This document shows positions 7,881-16,424 of a stretch of 26,902 bases of DNA, one piece after another. How positions within the stretch are numbered: the stretch's first letter is position 1; every line of letters begins with the position of its first letter. Below the pieces are notes generated by a model. The model made no database searches. It was not told the DNA's origin and was given only the letters and a program-made list of their open reading frames with translations. Made by a program: the position numbers and the translations under genes. The stretch comes from a virus (Duplodnaviria; Caudoviricetes), in IMG/VR virus record IMGVR_UViG_3300026368_000002, positions 1 to 26,902 of that record; one strand, given 5' to 3'.

Positions 7881-9440
7881 ATGCGGATGAGGGCGTATTA
7901 CAACGAGATTGATCCGCTGAAGGCCGAGATTATCCGGGAAGCCATCCAAGCAGGCGCAATTGCACCGGGGGATGTAGATGAACGGAGCATCGTCGATGTT
8001 GAACCAGCCGACCTTATGGGATATGCCCAATGCCACTTCTTCGCAGGTGGCGGATTCTGGAGCGTCGCCCTGCGTCAAGCTGGATGGTCCGACGACCGCG
8101 AAGTTTGGACAGGCTCAACCCCATGCCCCAGCTTTAGCGCGGCAGGCAAAGGCCAAGGGTTTGATGATCCTCGTCACCTCTGGCCTGCTTGGGCACGACT
8201 CATCCGCGAGTGCCGCCCTTCAACAATCTTTGGAGAGCAAGTTAGTGCCGCGATTGGACACGGCTGGCTCGACCTTGTTCAGACTGATCTGGAAGCACAA
8301 GACTACGCCGTTGGGAAGATCGTACTTGGAGCGGCAAGCGTTGGCGCGCCACACATCCGACAGAGACTTTACTTCGTGGCCCAGTCCGGATGCGTGCCGG
8401 AGAGGCGGCGAGTATGCGGACCCGGAGAAAGCGGCGTTGCGGCGAGAACAGGGGCACCAGGTCAACTTGTCGGAAGCAGCGCAAATTACGCACTGGCCAA
8501 CACCGCAGACGCACGACGACAAGCTGCGGGGCAACACGGAAGCGGACAACCACTATTTCCCGCACGACCTGAGCAACGCGGCGAATCTCTCGTCGTGGTC
8601 GACGCCGAAGGCAGAGGACTCGGAATGTGCGGGAGCGCATCGGGGCAAGCCGGATACACTGCACAGCCAAGCGAATCTGGCGACTTGGGCAACTCCGACA
8701 GGAAGGGATTACCGGAACAGCGGTGGGGAAAATTCACATCGGGATCGGGACAATCCAGGATTGGCGAATCTTGCGAGCTGGCCGACGCCGATGGCGGGAA
8801 CGCCAGCGCAGAACGGCAACAACGAAGCGGGGAACAACGACAGCAGCCGCAAGACAGTGGAGCTGGCATCGTGGGCATCTCCGAAAGTGAACGACGACAA
8901 TCTGGACCGGCGCGGAATGAAGTCGACGGAGAAGGAATGGAATCGGCCAAACGCGAGTCGATCAAGTCTGCCTCTGGAAGCGAAGATGCTGGCAGCGTGG
9001 CCGAGCCCTTGCACGCCGAACGGTGGCCGTTCAATGTCGACGGACAAAATGGATGTGACGGGGAAGACGCTGGACGGCAAGAAGCACACGACGACTTTGG
9101 AACATGCGGTGAAGTTTGCAGGTCCAGTGCGCTTAACGGCTTCTGGCGAGATGCTGACTGGATCGGATGCCGAGATGGAAAGTTTCGCCCGGTGCCAGGG
9201 ACAACTAAATCCAGCCCTCTCAGCGTGGTTAATGGGGATTTCGCCGATTTGGGATATTTTCTGCTTCCGAGCGGGAGAGGCTTTGCGTTTTCGCCGCTCA
9301 TCGAAAAAGGCAAAGAAAGAGTAGGAAGGCTGCGGCTCTACGGGGACGCCATCTGTGTCCCTGCGGCACGAGCATTCATCGAAGCGTATCTCGAAGCAGA
9401 AAGCGCAAAGAACGACGTTGACGTAATGCGAGGCAGATGA
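7881..9440 (+). CDS. DNA (cytosine-5) methyltransferase, large subunit (motifs I-VIII and X)
   Basis: FFAGGG (I), GSTPCPSFS (IV, catalytic PC), GEQV (VI), GAPHIRQRLYFV (VIII) and RLRLYGDAICVP (X). The central region is low-complexity in this frame. Confidence 0.85.
   Translation: MRMRAYYNEIDPLKAEIIREAIQAGAIAPGDVDERSIVDVEPADLMGYAQCHFFAGGGFWSVALRQAGWSDDREVWTGSTPCPSFSAAGKGQGFDDPRHLWPAWARLIRECRPSTIFGEQVSAAIGHGWLDLVQTDLEAQDYAVGKIVLGAASVGAPHIRQRLYFVAQSGCVPERRRVCGPGESGVAARTGAPGQLVGSSANYALANTADARRQAAGQHGSGQPLFPARPEQRGESLVVVDAEGRGLGMCGSASGQAGYTAQPSESGDLGNSDRKGLPEQRWGKFTSGSGQSRIGESCELADADGGNASAERQQRSGEQRQQPQDSGAGIVGISESERRQSGPARNEVDGEGMESAKRESIKSASGSEDAGSVAEPLHAERWPFNVDGQNGCDGEDAGRQEAHDDFGTCGEVCRSSALNGFWRDADWIGCRDGKFRPVPGTTKSSPLSVVNGDFADLGYFLLPSGRGFAFSPLIEKGKERVGRLRLYGDAICVPAARAFIEAYLEAESAKNDVDVMRGR
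7978..9324 (+). CDS. Overlapping-frame methyltransferase small-subunit-like protein (seven W-P-T-P-type repeats and motif IX)
   Basis: A 448-codon stop-free +1 frame nested in the MTase gene, ending in GQLNPALSAWLMGISPIW, which resembles C5-MTase motif IX (absent from the main frame). True start uncertain, possibly ATG ~8164. Confidence 0.7.
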   Translation: MNGASSMLNQPTLWDMPNATSSQVADSGASPCVKLDGPTTAKFGQAQPHAPALARQAKAKGLMILVTSGLLGHDSSASAALQQSLESKLVPRLDTAGSTLFRLIWKHKTTPLGRSYLERQALARHTSDRDFTSWPSPDACRRGGEYADPEKAALRREQGHQVNLSEAAQITHWPTPQTHDDKLRGNTEADNHYFPHDLSNAANLSSWSTPKAEDSECAGAHRGKPDTLHSQANLATWATPTGRDYRNSGGENSHRDRDNPGLANLASWPTPMAGTPAQNGNNEAGNNDSSRKTVELASWASPKVNDDNLDRRGMKSTEKEWNRPNASRSSLPLEAKMLAAWPSPCTPNGGRSMSTDKMDVTGKTLDGKKHTTTLEHAVKFAGPVRLTASGEMLTGSDAEMESFARCQGQLNPALSAWLMGISPIWDIFCFRAGEALRFRRSSKKAKKE

Positions 9441-9443
9441 GAC

Positions 9444-10322
9444 TTGATGGATTCCAAGGTCGACATTTGGATGCCGCTGGCAATCGGAGATTACCTCGCG
9501 GATACATCCAACCTAAACACGGTTGAGCACGGAGCATACCTTTTGTTGCTGATGTACTACTGGCGCAAAGGGCCGTTGCCAAACGATCCTGTGCAACTGG
9601 CAAACATTGCCAAGCTCCCGATGGATGCTTGGAGCATGCACCAAGCAATGCTTATGCAATTCTTCGTACTTGAAAAAGATGGATTACTTCATCAAAAACG
9701 CAGCGACCGGGAAAGAGAAAAATGGATGCAAAAACGCGCAAAAGCTCAAGATAAGGCGTCAAAAGCAGCGAAAGTGCGTTGGACTGATGCTCCAAGCATT
9801 GCCCCGAGCAATGCTTCAAGCAATGCTCAGAGCAATGCACAAGCAATGCTTGACTCATGCCCGTTACCATCACCATTACCTATATCTTTATCGTCACCGG
9901 AACCTCGTCCGCTGCTTCGTGGTGAGGAAAGAGAAGAAAAAAGCGCTCCGCGCAGCGGACAAAAAGACGATTTGTCGTCTGCGACGAACGCTTCTTTAAA
10001 AAAACCTCTCCCGATTTGTGATGAAGCGTGGATGATTGCGCGTGCAGTGGTTGAGGGCACTACGATCACGAGTCCGTATGCCGTGGATCAGATTGCCCAA
10101 CAGGCTGAATGGGAGTTGAAAGCACACCCAGGCGAATTCGACGGAATTCGCGATGGAATGATCAATGCCTGGAAAGCGTACGTTGCGTGCGCTAAAGGCA
10201 ACAAGCTGCGTACCACTCCAATGGGAGCATTTAAGTTTTTCGGGGATGGCGTTTGGAAGACTCCGTCTATGTGGGGTTTGAAAAAAGGCATGAAGGCCTA
10301 CGAGGTTACTCATGCAGCTTAG
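9444..10322 (+). CDS. DUF1376/YdaU-family phage replication protein
   Basis: WMPL.IGDYLADT.NL...EHGAYLLLLMYYW..GPLP.D...LA.IA N-terminal signature; lies directly upstream of the primase-helicase. Confidence 0.85.
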   Translation: MMDSKVDIWMPLAIGDYLADTSNLNTVEHGAYLLLLMYYWRKGPLPNDPVQLANIAKLPMDAWSMHQAMLMQFFVLEKDGLLHQKRSDREREKWMQKRAKAQDKASKAAKVRWTDAPSIAPSNASSNAQSNAQAMLDSCPLPSPLPISLSSPEPRPLLRGEEREEKSAPRSGQKDDLSSATNASLKKPLPICDEAWMIARAVVEGTTITSPYAVDQIAQQAEWELKAHPGEFDGIRDGMINAWKAYVACAKGNKLRTTPMGAFKFFGDGVWKTPSMWGLKKGMKAYEVTHAA

Positions 10323-12027
10323 CTTTGATCAAATCCGACGCTACTTTGAGCACCGTCATCCGGGGCAACGCATTCCGGCGCGCGAGAAAGTTGCTGTACG
10401 TTGCGCTTTCCATTCTGAAGACAATCCGTCCTGCACGCTCTTCCTCGACGGCAACGGCGGATTCAACTGCCACGCCTGCGGCGCAAAAGGCAACGTCTTT
10501 GAGTTTGAAGCACGATTCTCTGCATGCTCGCTCGATCAGGCTGAAATCAACGTGGCCGAGATTACTGGCGCGACGCCGGTAGCGCGGCGCGAAGGCGAGA
10601 TGCAGCTTGGGCCGCCTGTGGCGATTTACGACTACCGCGATGAGAACGGCTTGACTCTGTTCCAGAAGCGACGCTATGAACCAGAAATTGGCGAAAAGAC
10701 GTTCCGCATCTTCCGCCAGGTCGACGGTGCATGGAAGGCTGGCATTGACGCCAAGGACGGCGAGCGGACGCGGCGCGTGCTCTACAACCTGCCGCATGTG
10801 GTGAAGGCAAACGTCATTTTTTGTACAGAAGGCGAAAAAGATGCGGACAACCTGCTGGAAGCCAATCTCTTCGCGTCGCATGCTTTTTCAATTGCCACGA
10901 CGACAAGTTTTGACGGGGCTTGGCAGAAGAATCATTCGCCGAAGTGGCTGGATTCTTATGCGCCGTACTTCACCGGCAAGCAGGTAATGATTTTTGCGGA
11001 CAATGACGAGCCGGGCAAAATCTATGCAGAGACTGCCGCGGCTTCTATCGCAAAGTATGCCTACGCCGTACGGATCATCACTTTCCAGGATCTTCCAGAG
11101 AAAAGCGATGTCAGCGACTTTTTGCGAGATCACACCGTAGCAGAGCTGGAAAAGCGCATTGTCGACACCCCGGTGTGGGCTGGAGCAGATGCCGAAAGAG
11201 AAAACTGGTTGGTCGACGCCGTTGAGTGGTCCATGACGGCAGACGAAGACATCGATTGGCTGGTGGAAGGCGTAATCCAGGTAGGCGGCAATGGCATGAT
11301 TGCGGCTGAGCCAAAAACAGGAAAATCGCTGGCATCGCTTGATCTGCTGCTTTCGTTGGCGACGGGCAAGCCGTGGCTTGGTTGCCGTATTCCTCGGCGC
11401 ATCCGCACCGCTTACATCAGCCGTGAAGATTCTCCTATGCTCACCAAGGTTCGCGTGCAGGCGTTGCTGCGTGGGAAGGGACTGGACGCAGGTGAAGATC
11501 CCACCGGGTGGCTCTGGATCAACACGCGCGAGCAGCTGGGCGACTTCGACGTCGACAACGACGAGCAGGTAGCGCACATGGCAGAAGACTTAAAAGAGCG
11601 TGGCGTAGAGTTTGCCATCTTCGACGTGCTGAACCGACTGCACAACCGCGACGAGAACAACAACACAGAGATGGGACAAGTAGTGAAGAAGCTCGGCCAG
11701 ATCGGCCAAGCGGCTGGCTGTTCTATCGGCGTAATCCATCACGTGAGCAAGGAAGCAGGCAACGGACGCTTTTTTACGCGTATTCGCGGCGCAACGTCGA
11801 TTCATGGTTGGACGGAATGGTCGATCGGATTTTCGTTTGAAGATGCAACAGAAAGAAATCCGATTCGTAAGGCAGAGTTTGAGACCAAAGCAGCGGAATG
11901 CAAAGAACCAATTTCTTTCACGATTAAACACGGCGGCGGGAGTTTGGCTTTGGTTCCTGTGGGCAAAGAGCCAGTTCCTTTTGATCCAAAGATTCATAGC
12001 TTTCCAGAGAGGTATACCAATGGCTGA
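10312..12027 (+). CDS. Primase-helicase (CHC2 zinc finger, TOPRIM, RepA-like AAA helicase)
   Basis: CAFH...CHAC zinc finger; TEGEKDAD and ADNDEPG TOPRIM motifs; Walker A AEPKTGKS, Walker B IFDVL, IHHVSK and RGATSI. Confidence 0.92.
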   Translation: MQLSFDQIRRYFEHRHPGQRIPAREKVAVRCAFHSEDNPSCTLFLDGNGGFNCHACGAKGNVFEFEARFSACSLDQAEINVAEITGATPVARREGEMQLGPPVAIYDYRDENGLTLFQKRRYEPEIGEKTFRIFRQVDGAWKAGIDAKDGERTRRVLYNLPHVVKANVIFCTEGEKDADNLLEANLFASHAFSIATTTSFDGAWQKNHSPKWLDSYAPYFTGKQVMIFADNDEPGKIYAETAAASIAKYAYAVRIITFQDLPEKSDVSDFLRDHTVAELEKRIVDTPVWAGADAERENWLVDAVEWSMTADEDIDWLVEGVIQVGGNGMIAAEPKTGKSLASLDLLLSLATGKPWLGCRIPRRIRTAYISREDSPMLTKVRVQALLRGKGLDAGEDPTGWLWINTREQLGDFDVDNDEQVAHMAEDLKERGVEFAIFDVLNRLHNRDENNNTEMGQVVKKLGQIGQAAGCSIGVIHHVSKEAGNGRFFTRIRGATSIHGWTEWSIGFSFEDATERNPIRKAEFETKAAECKEPISFTIKHGGGSLALVPVGKEPVPFDPKIHSFPERYTNG

Positions 12028-12232
12028 CGTCTATGTAACCGTGACGATGAATCCGATTGAGTTAAAACTTTTTCGGCGGGCATTGGCCAGAGCTGCCGAC
12101 GAAAAGTTGCTTGATCGTACATGGGCGCTGCAACGGATCTGCGCGCTCGATGTTCTGCGCTGGAATGCAGAAGAAAAATTCAAGAAGTTGGAACAAATGG
12201 CCGTACGCAAGCGCAAGCAGAAAGCTGCATAA
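12020..12232 (+). CDS. Hypothetical protein
   Basis: 70-aa ORF (MADVYVT...) with a GAGAGG RBS, overlapping the primase stop. Confidence 0.6.
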   Translation: MADVYVTVTMNPIELKLFRRALARAADEKLLDRTWALQRICALDVLRWNAEEKFKKLEQMAVRKRKQKAA

Positions 12233-12255
12233 GTCCTTTGAAGGAAGGAAATGCG

Positions 12256-12447
12256 ATGACTGACGTAAAACACAATAGTTCGCGTAAACGAACATATGCT
12301 CGTCGGTTTGGAATCCCGGAAGAGCGCATCCATAAGATTTTTTTAAGTAGTGAATTTCTGGACCAACTAGACAATTGCAAGGACGATGAGTCACGACGCT
12401 TGCTGTTGGGTCTTTCAGAAAAGCAGACAGCACAACCAAAGAAATAA
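12256..12447 (+). CDS. Hypothetical protein
   Basis: 63-aa ORF (MTDVKHN...) preceded by AAGGAAGGA; fits operon spacing. Confidence 0.6.
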   Translation: MTDVKHNSSRKRTYARRFGIPEERIHKIFLSSEFLDQLDNCKDDESRRLLLGLSEKQTAQPKK

Positions 12448-12471
12448 GGCCAATCGCTGCGGGGTTTGAGC

Positions 12472-13821
12472 ATGTATCGGATTTTGGTGGGAGATGTGAC
12501 GGAGCAGTTGAAAACATTACCGGATGAATCGGTGCAGTGTGTCGTCACGTCGCCACCTTACTGGGGCTTGCGCGATTACGGTACTGCGACATGGAATGGC
12601 GGCGATCCTGACTGCAAGCATGTTGCTTCTACCATTCGCACTGGCCTTGGGCTGGCGGCATTGGGTGAGCGGTTCCGTGGCGGTGGCCATAAGCAAGGCG
12701 AAGTAACCGAGATTCAGTATCGTGATGTGTGCGCGCAGTGTGGTGCGGTGCGTGTGGATCAGCAAATTGGTTTGGAAAAGACGCCTGAAGAATATGTCAC
12801 CAAAATGGTGGCGGTGTTTGGCGAAGTACGACGTGTGTTGCGCAAGGACGGAACGTGCTGGGTGAATATGGGCGATTGCTACGCTTCGGGGGCAATTGGC
12901 GGTTCAAAAATTGGGATTAAAAATACTCTGCAAACGTGCTCACCTTCGGGTTACCACACTCTTCCCAAAACAGAGAATTTGGTTGCAGTGCCACGTTCTG
13001 TTCCATGCGGAATGAAGCCCAAAGACTTAGTTGGCATGCCGTGGATGCTGGCATTTGCATTGCGCGCCGATGGCTGGTATCTGCGCCAAGACATTATCTG
13101 GGAAAAGCCAAACCCAATGCCGGAAAGCGTTCACGACCGTTGCACGAAGTCGCACGAATATCTGTTTTTGCTGACGAAGTCGCCGCAATACTTTTTCAAT
13201 CAGGCCGCAATTAGTGAACCGGTGACGGGCAATGCGCATTCGCGGGGTAATGGCGTAAATCCAAAAGCAAGCCAATGGAAAACACCCGACGGATGGGATA
13301 CCAGCGTAGGAAATGGTGGCCATGGTTCGTTCCATAAGGAAGGCCGAGAAGATGGATTTGTTGGATACCAGCCGAAACTGCGGCCATTGGGTGAAAAAGG
13401 ATCGCAAGCAAATCCTGAAGAAGTTCGTAGTGCACGTGGCGCAGCGTTTGGTCGTGGCGCCGGCTGGCGCGAAACAGCCAATATTCGTCCTCGGCAAAAT
13501 GCCAGTTTTAGTGCTGCAGTAAAAGATTTGGTTGATATGCGCAACAAGCGTAGTGTGTGGACGATTGCCACGCAACCATTTTCTGAAGCGCATTTTGCAA
13601 CTTATCCAGAAAAACTGGTGGAACCTTGCATCCTGGCCGGAAGCAAAGAAGACGATACCGTGCTAGACCCGTTTGCAGGCTCGGGGACTACGGGCGTGGT
13701 GGCCCTGCGCTATGGCCGCAATTTTATCGGTATTGAGCTAAACGCAGACTATGCAGCAATGGCACAGCGGCGGATCGAAAATGACGCGCCGCTGTTTAAC
13801 AAACAGGAGGAAGCAAAATGA
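12472..13821 (+). CDS. Site-specific DNA methyltransferase, N4-C/N6-A beta class, orphan
   Basis: VTSPPYWGLRDY (motif IV) precedes DPFAGSGTT (motif I). Also QDIIWEKPNPMPES and HFATYP. No cognate restriction enzyme recognised. Confidence 0.92.
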   Translation: MYRILVGDVTEQLKTLPDESVQCVVTSPPYWGLRDYGTATWNGGDPDCKHVASTIRTGLGLAALGERFRGGGHKQGEVTEIQYRDVCAQCGAVRVDQQIGLEKTPEEYVTKMVAVFGEVRRVLRKDGTCWVNMGDCYASGAIGGSKIGIKNTLQTCSPSGYHTLPKTENLVAVPRSVPCGMKPKDLVGMPWMLAFALRADGWYLRQDIIWEKPNPMPESVHDRCTKSHEYLFLLTKSPQYFFNQAAISEPVTGNAHSRGNGVNPKASQWKTPDGWDTSVGNGGHGSFHKEGREDGFVGYQPKLRPLGEKGSQANPEEVRSARGAAFGRGAGWRETANIRPRQNASFSAAVKDLVDMRNKRSVWTIATQPFSEAHFATYPEKLVEPCILAGSKEDDTVLDPFAGSGTTGVVALRYGRNFIGIELNADYAAMAQRRIENDAPLFNKQEEAK

Positions 13822-14030
13822 CGATTCTTCCAAAAACACCTACGGCCATTGCCGCTCGTCTTGTGGAAGAAGATCAGAATATTGCCAAGTTGTTGGTGTT
13901 GGCGGTACGCAAAGACGGATCGAGTTTTTCTTTTGACAACGGCTTGACGGTGGATGAAGCCAAGACGTTGTCCGTTCATTTCAGCGCCTGGCTCGACAAA
14001 TATTCGGAACAGGCAGAAGACACAAATTGA
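13818..14030 (+). CDS. Hypothetical protein
   Basis: ATGA overlap with the MTase stop; AGGAGG RBS. Confidence 0.65.
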   Translation: MTILPKTPTAIAARLVEEDQNIAKLLVLAVRKDGSSFSFDNGLTVDEAKTLSVHFSAWLDKYSEQAEDTN

Positions 14031-14055
14031 GGAGCAAAGAATCGGGAGGATTGGT

Positions 14056-14823
14056 ATGGGAACAACGATGCTTCTGACGGAAGAAACGGCCCCGGCGAAA
14101 AGTCTCGATGAGCAGTTGCATGAGAGTGATCGAGCGATTACCGAATCATGGGTAGCACTGAACAAACGATCGATGCTGATTGGTTGGGAAGGTTACTTCA
14201 TTAAGCGCAACAACGGATGGGAGCGGTTGGGCTACGCCGACGAAATGAGTTATCGGCTGGCCAAAGGAATCAAACACGCGACTTGGTACAAGCTGGTGGG
14301 CTTGGCAGAACGGTTACAGACGTTGAGCAGAGAGCAGTTTCTTTCAATGTCGATTGAAAATGCCATGCAACTGTCTGCCGCTTCTTCTTCAATACGAGAG
14401 AATCCTTCTTTGATTGACGCCGCGGCTACGATGACGGCGCGAGAGTTTGAAACCGAGCTGGTGCGGCACACGGCGATTGCCGAGAACAAGCCGATAAGCG
14501 AGGCCTACGTCACCATGAAGTGGCGCATCAAGCAGACGCAGCGCGAAGTGATCGAGCGAGGTTTGGACGATTGGCAGCACGAGCACGGCATCGATGATCC
14601 CGGTTATGCGCTGGAGCTGATGATTGCTGAATATCGCGAACGGCCGACGCTGGTGGGATTTATTGCAGAGTCGATTCCGCGATTGACGCGCGCGGTAACA
14701 GAGGCACACAACGCGGACGAGTTGGAAGAACTGCGCAAGTTGTTTGCGACGCACATCCAGGAGATGAGCGAGATTTTGAAGGTATGCTGCGGCGAAGTTG
14801 GCACGGATGAGCAAGCAGCATAA
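14056..14823 (+). CDS. Hypothetical protein
   Basis: 255-aa helical ORF with a GGGAGG RBS before ATG 14056. Confidence 0.75.
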   Translation: MGTTMLLTEETAPAKSLDEQLHESDRAITESWVALNKRSMLIGWEGYFIKRNNGWERLGYADEMSYRLAKGIKHATWYKLVGLAERLQTLSREQFLSMSIENAMQLSAASSSIRENPSLIDAAATMTAREFETELVRHTAIAENKPISEAYVTMKWRIKQTQREVIERGLDDWQHEHGIDDPGYALELMIAEYRERPTLVGFIAESIPRLTRAVTEAHNADELEELRKLFATHIQEMSEILKVCCGEVGTDEQAA

Positions 14824-14833
14824 GACAAGGGTT

Positions 14834-14941
14834 AGCCGTTCTGCATTTCCCGCTGCCGAAGGGAACGGATTGTTACACAGTCCGCAGGGACGGCTTATAC
14901 GGGGAGTTTGACACGGTACGAAAGTCATTCTCCCCGCTTTT
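14834..14941 (+). ncRNA. Candidate structured RNA (three-way junction plus hairpin and U-run)
   Basis: AGCCGTTCTGC/GCAGGGACGGCT encloses the TTCCC..GGGAA and CGGATTGT..ACAGTCCG hairpins. This is followed by CGGGGAG..CTCCCCG and TTTT. Folded by eye. Confidence 0.45.
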
Positions 14942-14965
14942 CACTGGAAAGAGTTTGAAAATTTT

Positions 14966-15043
14966 ATGGTCTTGGAAGTTTTGTTGTTGTTGGCAACGTT
15001 TGTTTTTGCCAAAGCGTTGATTGTTCCGCCCAGAAAGAAGTAA
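14966..15043 (+). CDS. 25-aa hydrophobic peptide MVLEVLLLLATFVFAKALIVPPRKK
   Basis: Translated manually; it is below the ORF-track cutoff. One TM-like stretch with a basic tail, and the stop lies 2 nt before the next ATG. Confidence 0.45.
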   Translation: MVLEVLLLLATFVFAKALIVPPRKK

Positions 15044-15045
15044 CG

Positions 15046-15285
15046 ATGACACGCAGACAAGTTTACACGTGCAGCTATTGTGGCGTTGATCGTAAGGACG
15101 CAAACCACTGGTTTGTTCTTTTGACAACCCACACCGGATTTTATCTGCAAACGTGGGAGTGGGCGGTGCAGAAACACCAACTGAACAGGGATGGAACCGA
15201 GCACGTGTGTGGACAGGCGTGTGCGCACAAACTGTTGGATCGGTTTATGGCTGGTGCCAAACCAGAAACATTGGCACCTGAGTAA
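15046..15285 (+). CDS. Small C4 zinc-binding protein
   Basis: YTCSYCG...HVCGQAC cysteine pairs. Confidence 0.7.
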   Translation: MTRRQVYTCSYCGVDRKDANHWFVLLTTHTGFYLQTWEWAVQKHQLNRDGTEHVCGQACAHKLLDRFMAGAKPETLAPE

Positions 15286-15318
15286 CTCACAAGGGAGCAG
15301 ATCGTTAAGGAGAAGACA

Positions 15319-16242
15319 ATGCCAAGTTTTGCAGATGTATTCTCGGAAGTACGCCAGCGCACCTTTGATCGGCTGGCTGGCCGTTCTACCACGTCAACTG
15401 ACATCGTGGTTGCGCCAACGGATCACGAAAACTCGTACTATGGCCATATCAACCAACTGCAGGCTCAGAGAGAAAAATTTTCGCAACAGGCTGCTTTTTA
15501 TGCTCCAGCACAGAACCCTATCTATGCTCCGGCAGAACCTACGCCTTGGCATACGGGTGTATTGAATGACTTTGCGCAGCAGGCCCAAGGATCGCCCAAC
15601 CTGACCGGTTTTTCTTATTGGTACACCAACGGCAGTAGCGCTTTTAACTCTCCCTTCAATGGTTTGGACGATTCAGATAGCGCGCCGGAACTGTCTATGA
15701 CTCCTACGCTTGAAGTGGTGGAGCCGCCGAGCCGGGAAATGTTGAAGCGTGTGCCGGTTGACATCAAGAATTTGGACTTAACCGATCCACGGCAGAAGCT
15801 GGCAACAGAGGCTGAAACGTTGTTGGGCTATACGCCTTTGCGCCAGGAGCTGCGTACGCCCGGCATGCTGAAGCGCGTTTTGGCAAAGCTCGAAATTTCG
15901 GTGCTCGAACAAATGAGCGTTTTTGCCTACAAGAAGCAGATGGTTCAACACTATAGCACTTCAGGCAAGATGCTCGATCCGACATGGCGGATCACGTCGT
16001 TGAAAAATTATGGCCAACAGGTGCCGGAGTTTGTGTTACAAAAGGCAGTTGAGATTAAGCGCGAGCTACCGGAGGCGATGTTCTACGTGGAACAGCTGGC
16101 GATTGATCCTTTCCTGATCGTCACGCTGAAACCGCTCAATGACTTCGTGTCTTCTTACAATACGCTGAAGCGTGTTTTAGACGCGGAAACTGCCGCCTAC
16201 GTTGAGGTTTGGTCGGAACCGAAGTTTGAAGCGACGATGTGA
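15319..16242 (+). CDS. Hypothetical protein
   Basis: 307-aa ORF with an AAGGAG RBS; low-complexity N-terminus and globular C-terminus (VPEFVLQKA...DPFL...VWSEPKFE). Confidence 0.8.
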   Translation: MPSFADVFSEVRQRTFDRLAGRSTTSTDIVVAPTDHENSYYGHINQLQAQREKFSQQAAFYAPAQNPIYAPAEPTPWHTGVLNDFAQQAQGSPNLTGFSYWYTNGSSAFNSPFNGLDDSDSAPELSMTPTLEVVEPPSREMLKRVPVDIKNLDLTDPRQKLATEAETLLGYTPLRQELRTPGMLKRVLAKLEISVLEQMSVFAYKKQMVQHYSTSGKMLDPTWRITSLKNYGQQVPEFVLQKAVEIKRELPEAMFYVEQLAIDPFLIVTLKPLNDFVSSYNTLKRVLDAETAAYVEVWSEPKFEATM

Positions 16243-16260
16243 ACCGCGTTTCCGGTACAA

Positions 16261-16312
16261 TAAACAGTGAGCGGTAGAAGTTTGAAATCAGATGTTTACT
16301 GCTCACTGTTTA
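16261..16312 (+). terminator. Long intergenic hairpin, possible terminator or processing site
   Basis: TAAACAGTGAGCGGTA...TACTGCTCACTGTTTA inverted repeat after the stop at 16242. Confidence 0.5.
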
Positions 16313-16424
16313 CTTAAACGATGCGCGCAATTATTTGTTGGACAAAATGGGTTCTTTATCATAGAGTGTTGGCGATGACCCTTTTTGATCTGAGCAATAA
16401 GATACTGTAGGCTTTGGAGGAAAC

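Noticed and set aside
8486-9313. 275-aa antisense ORF within the methyltransferase
   Set aside because: It has no recognisable motifs and is likely a shadow of the doubly constrained, GC-rich sense frames.
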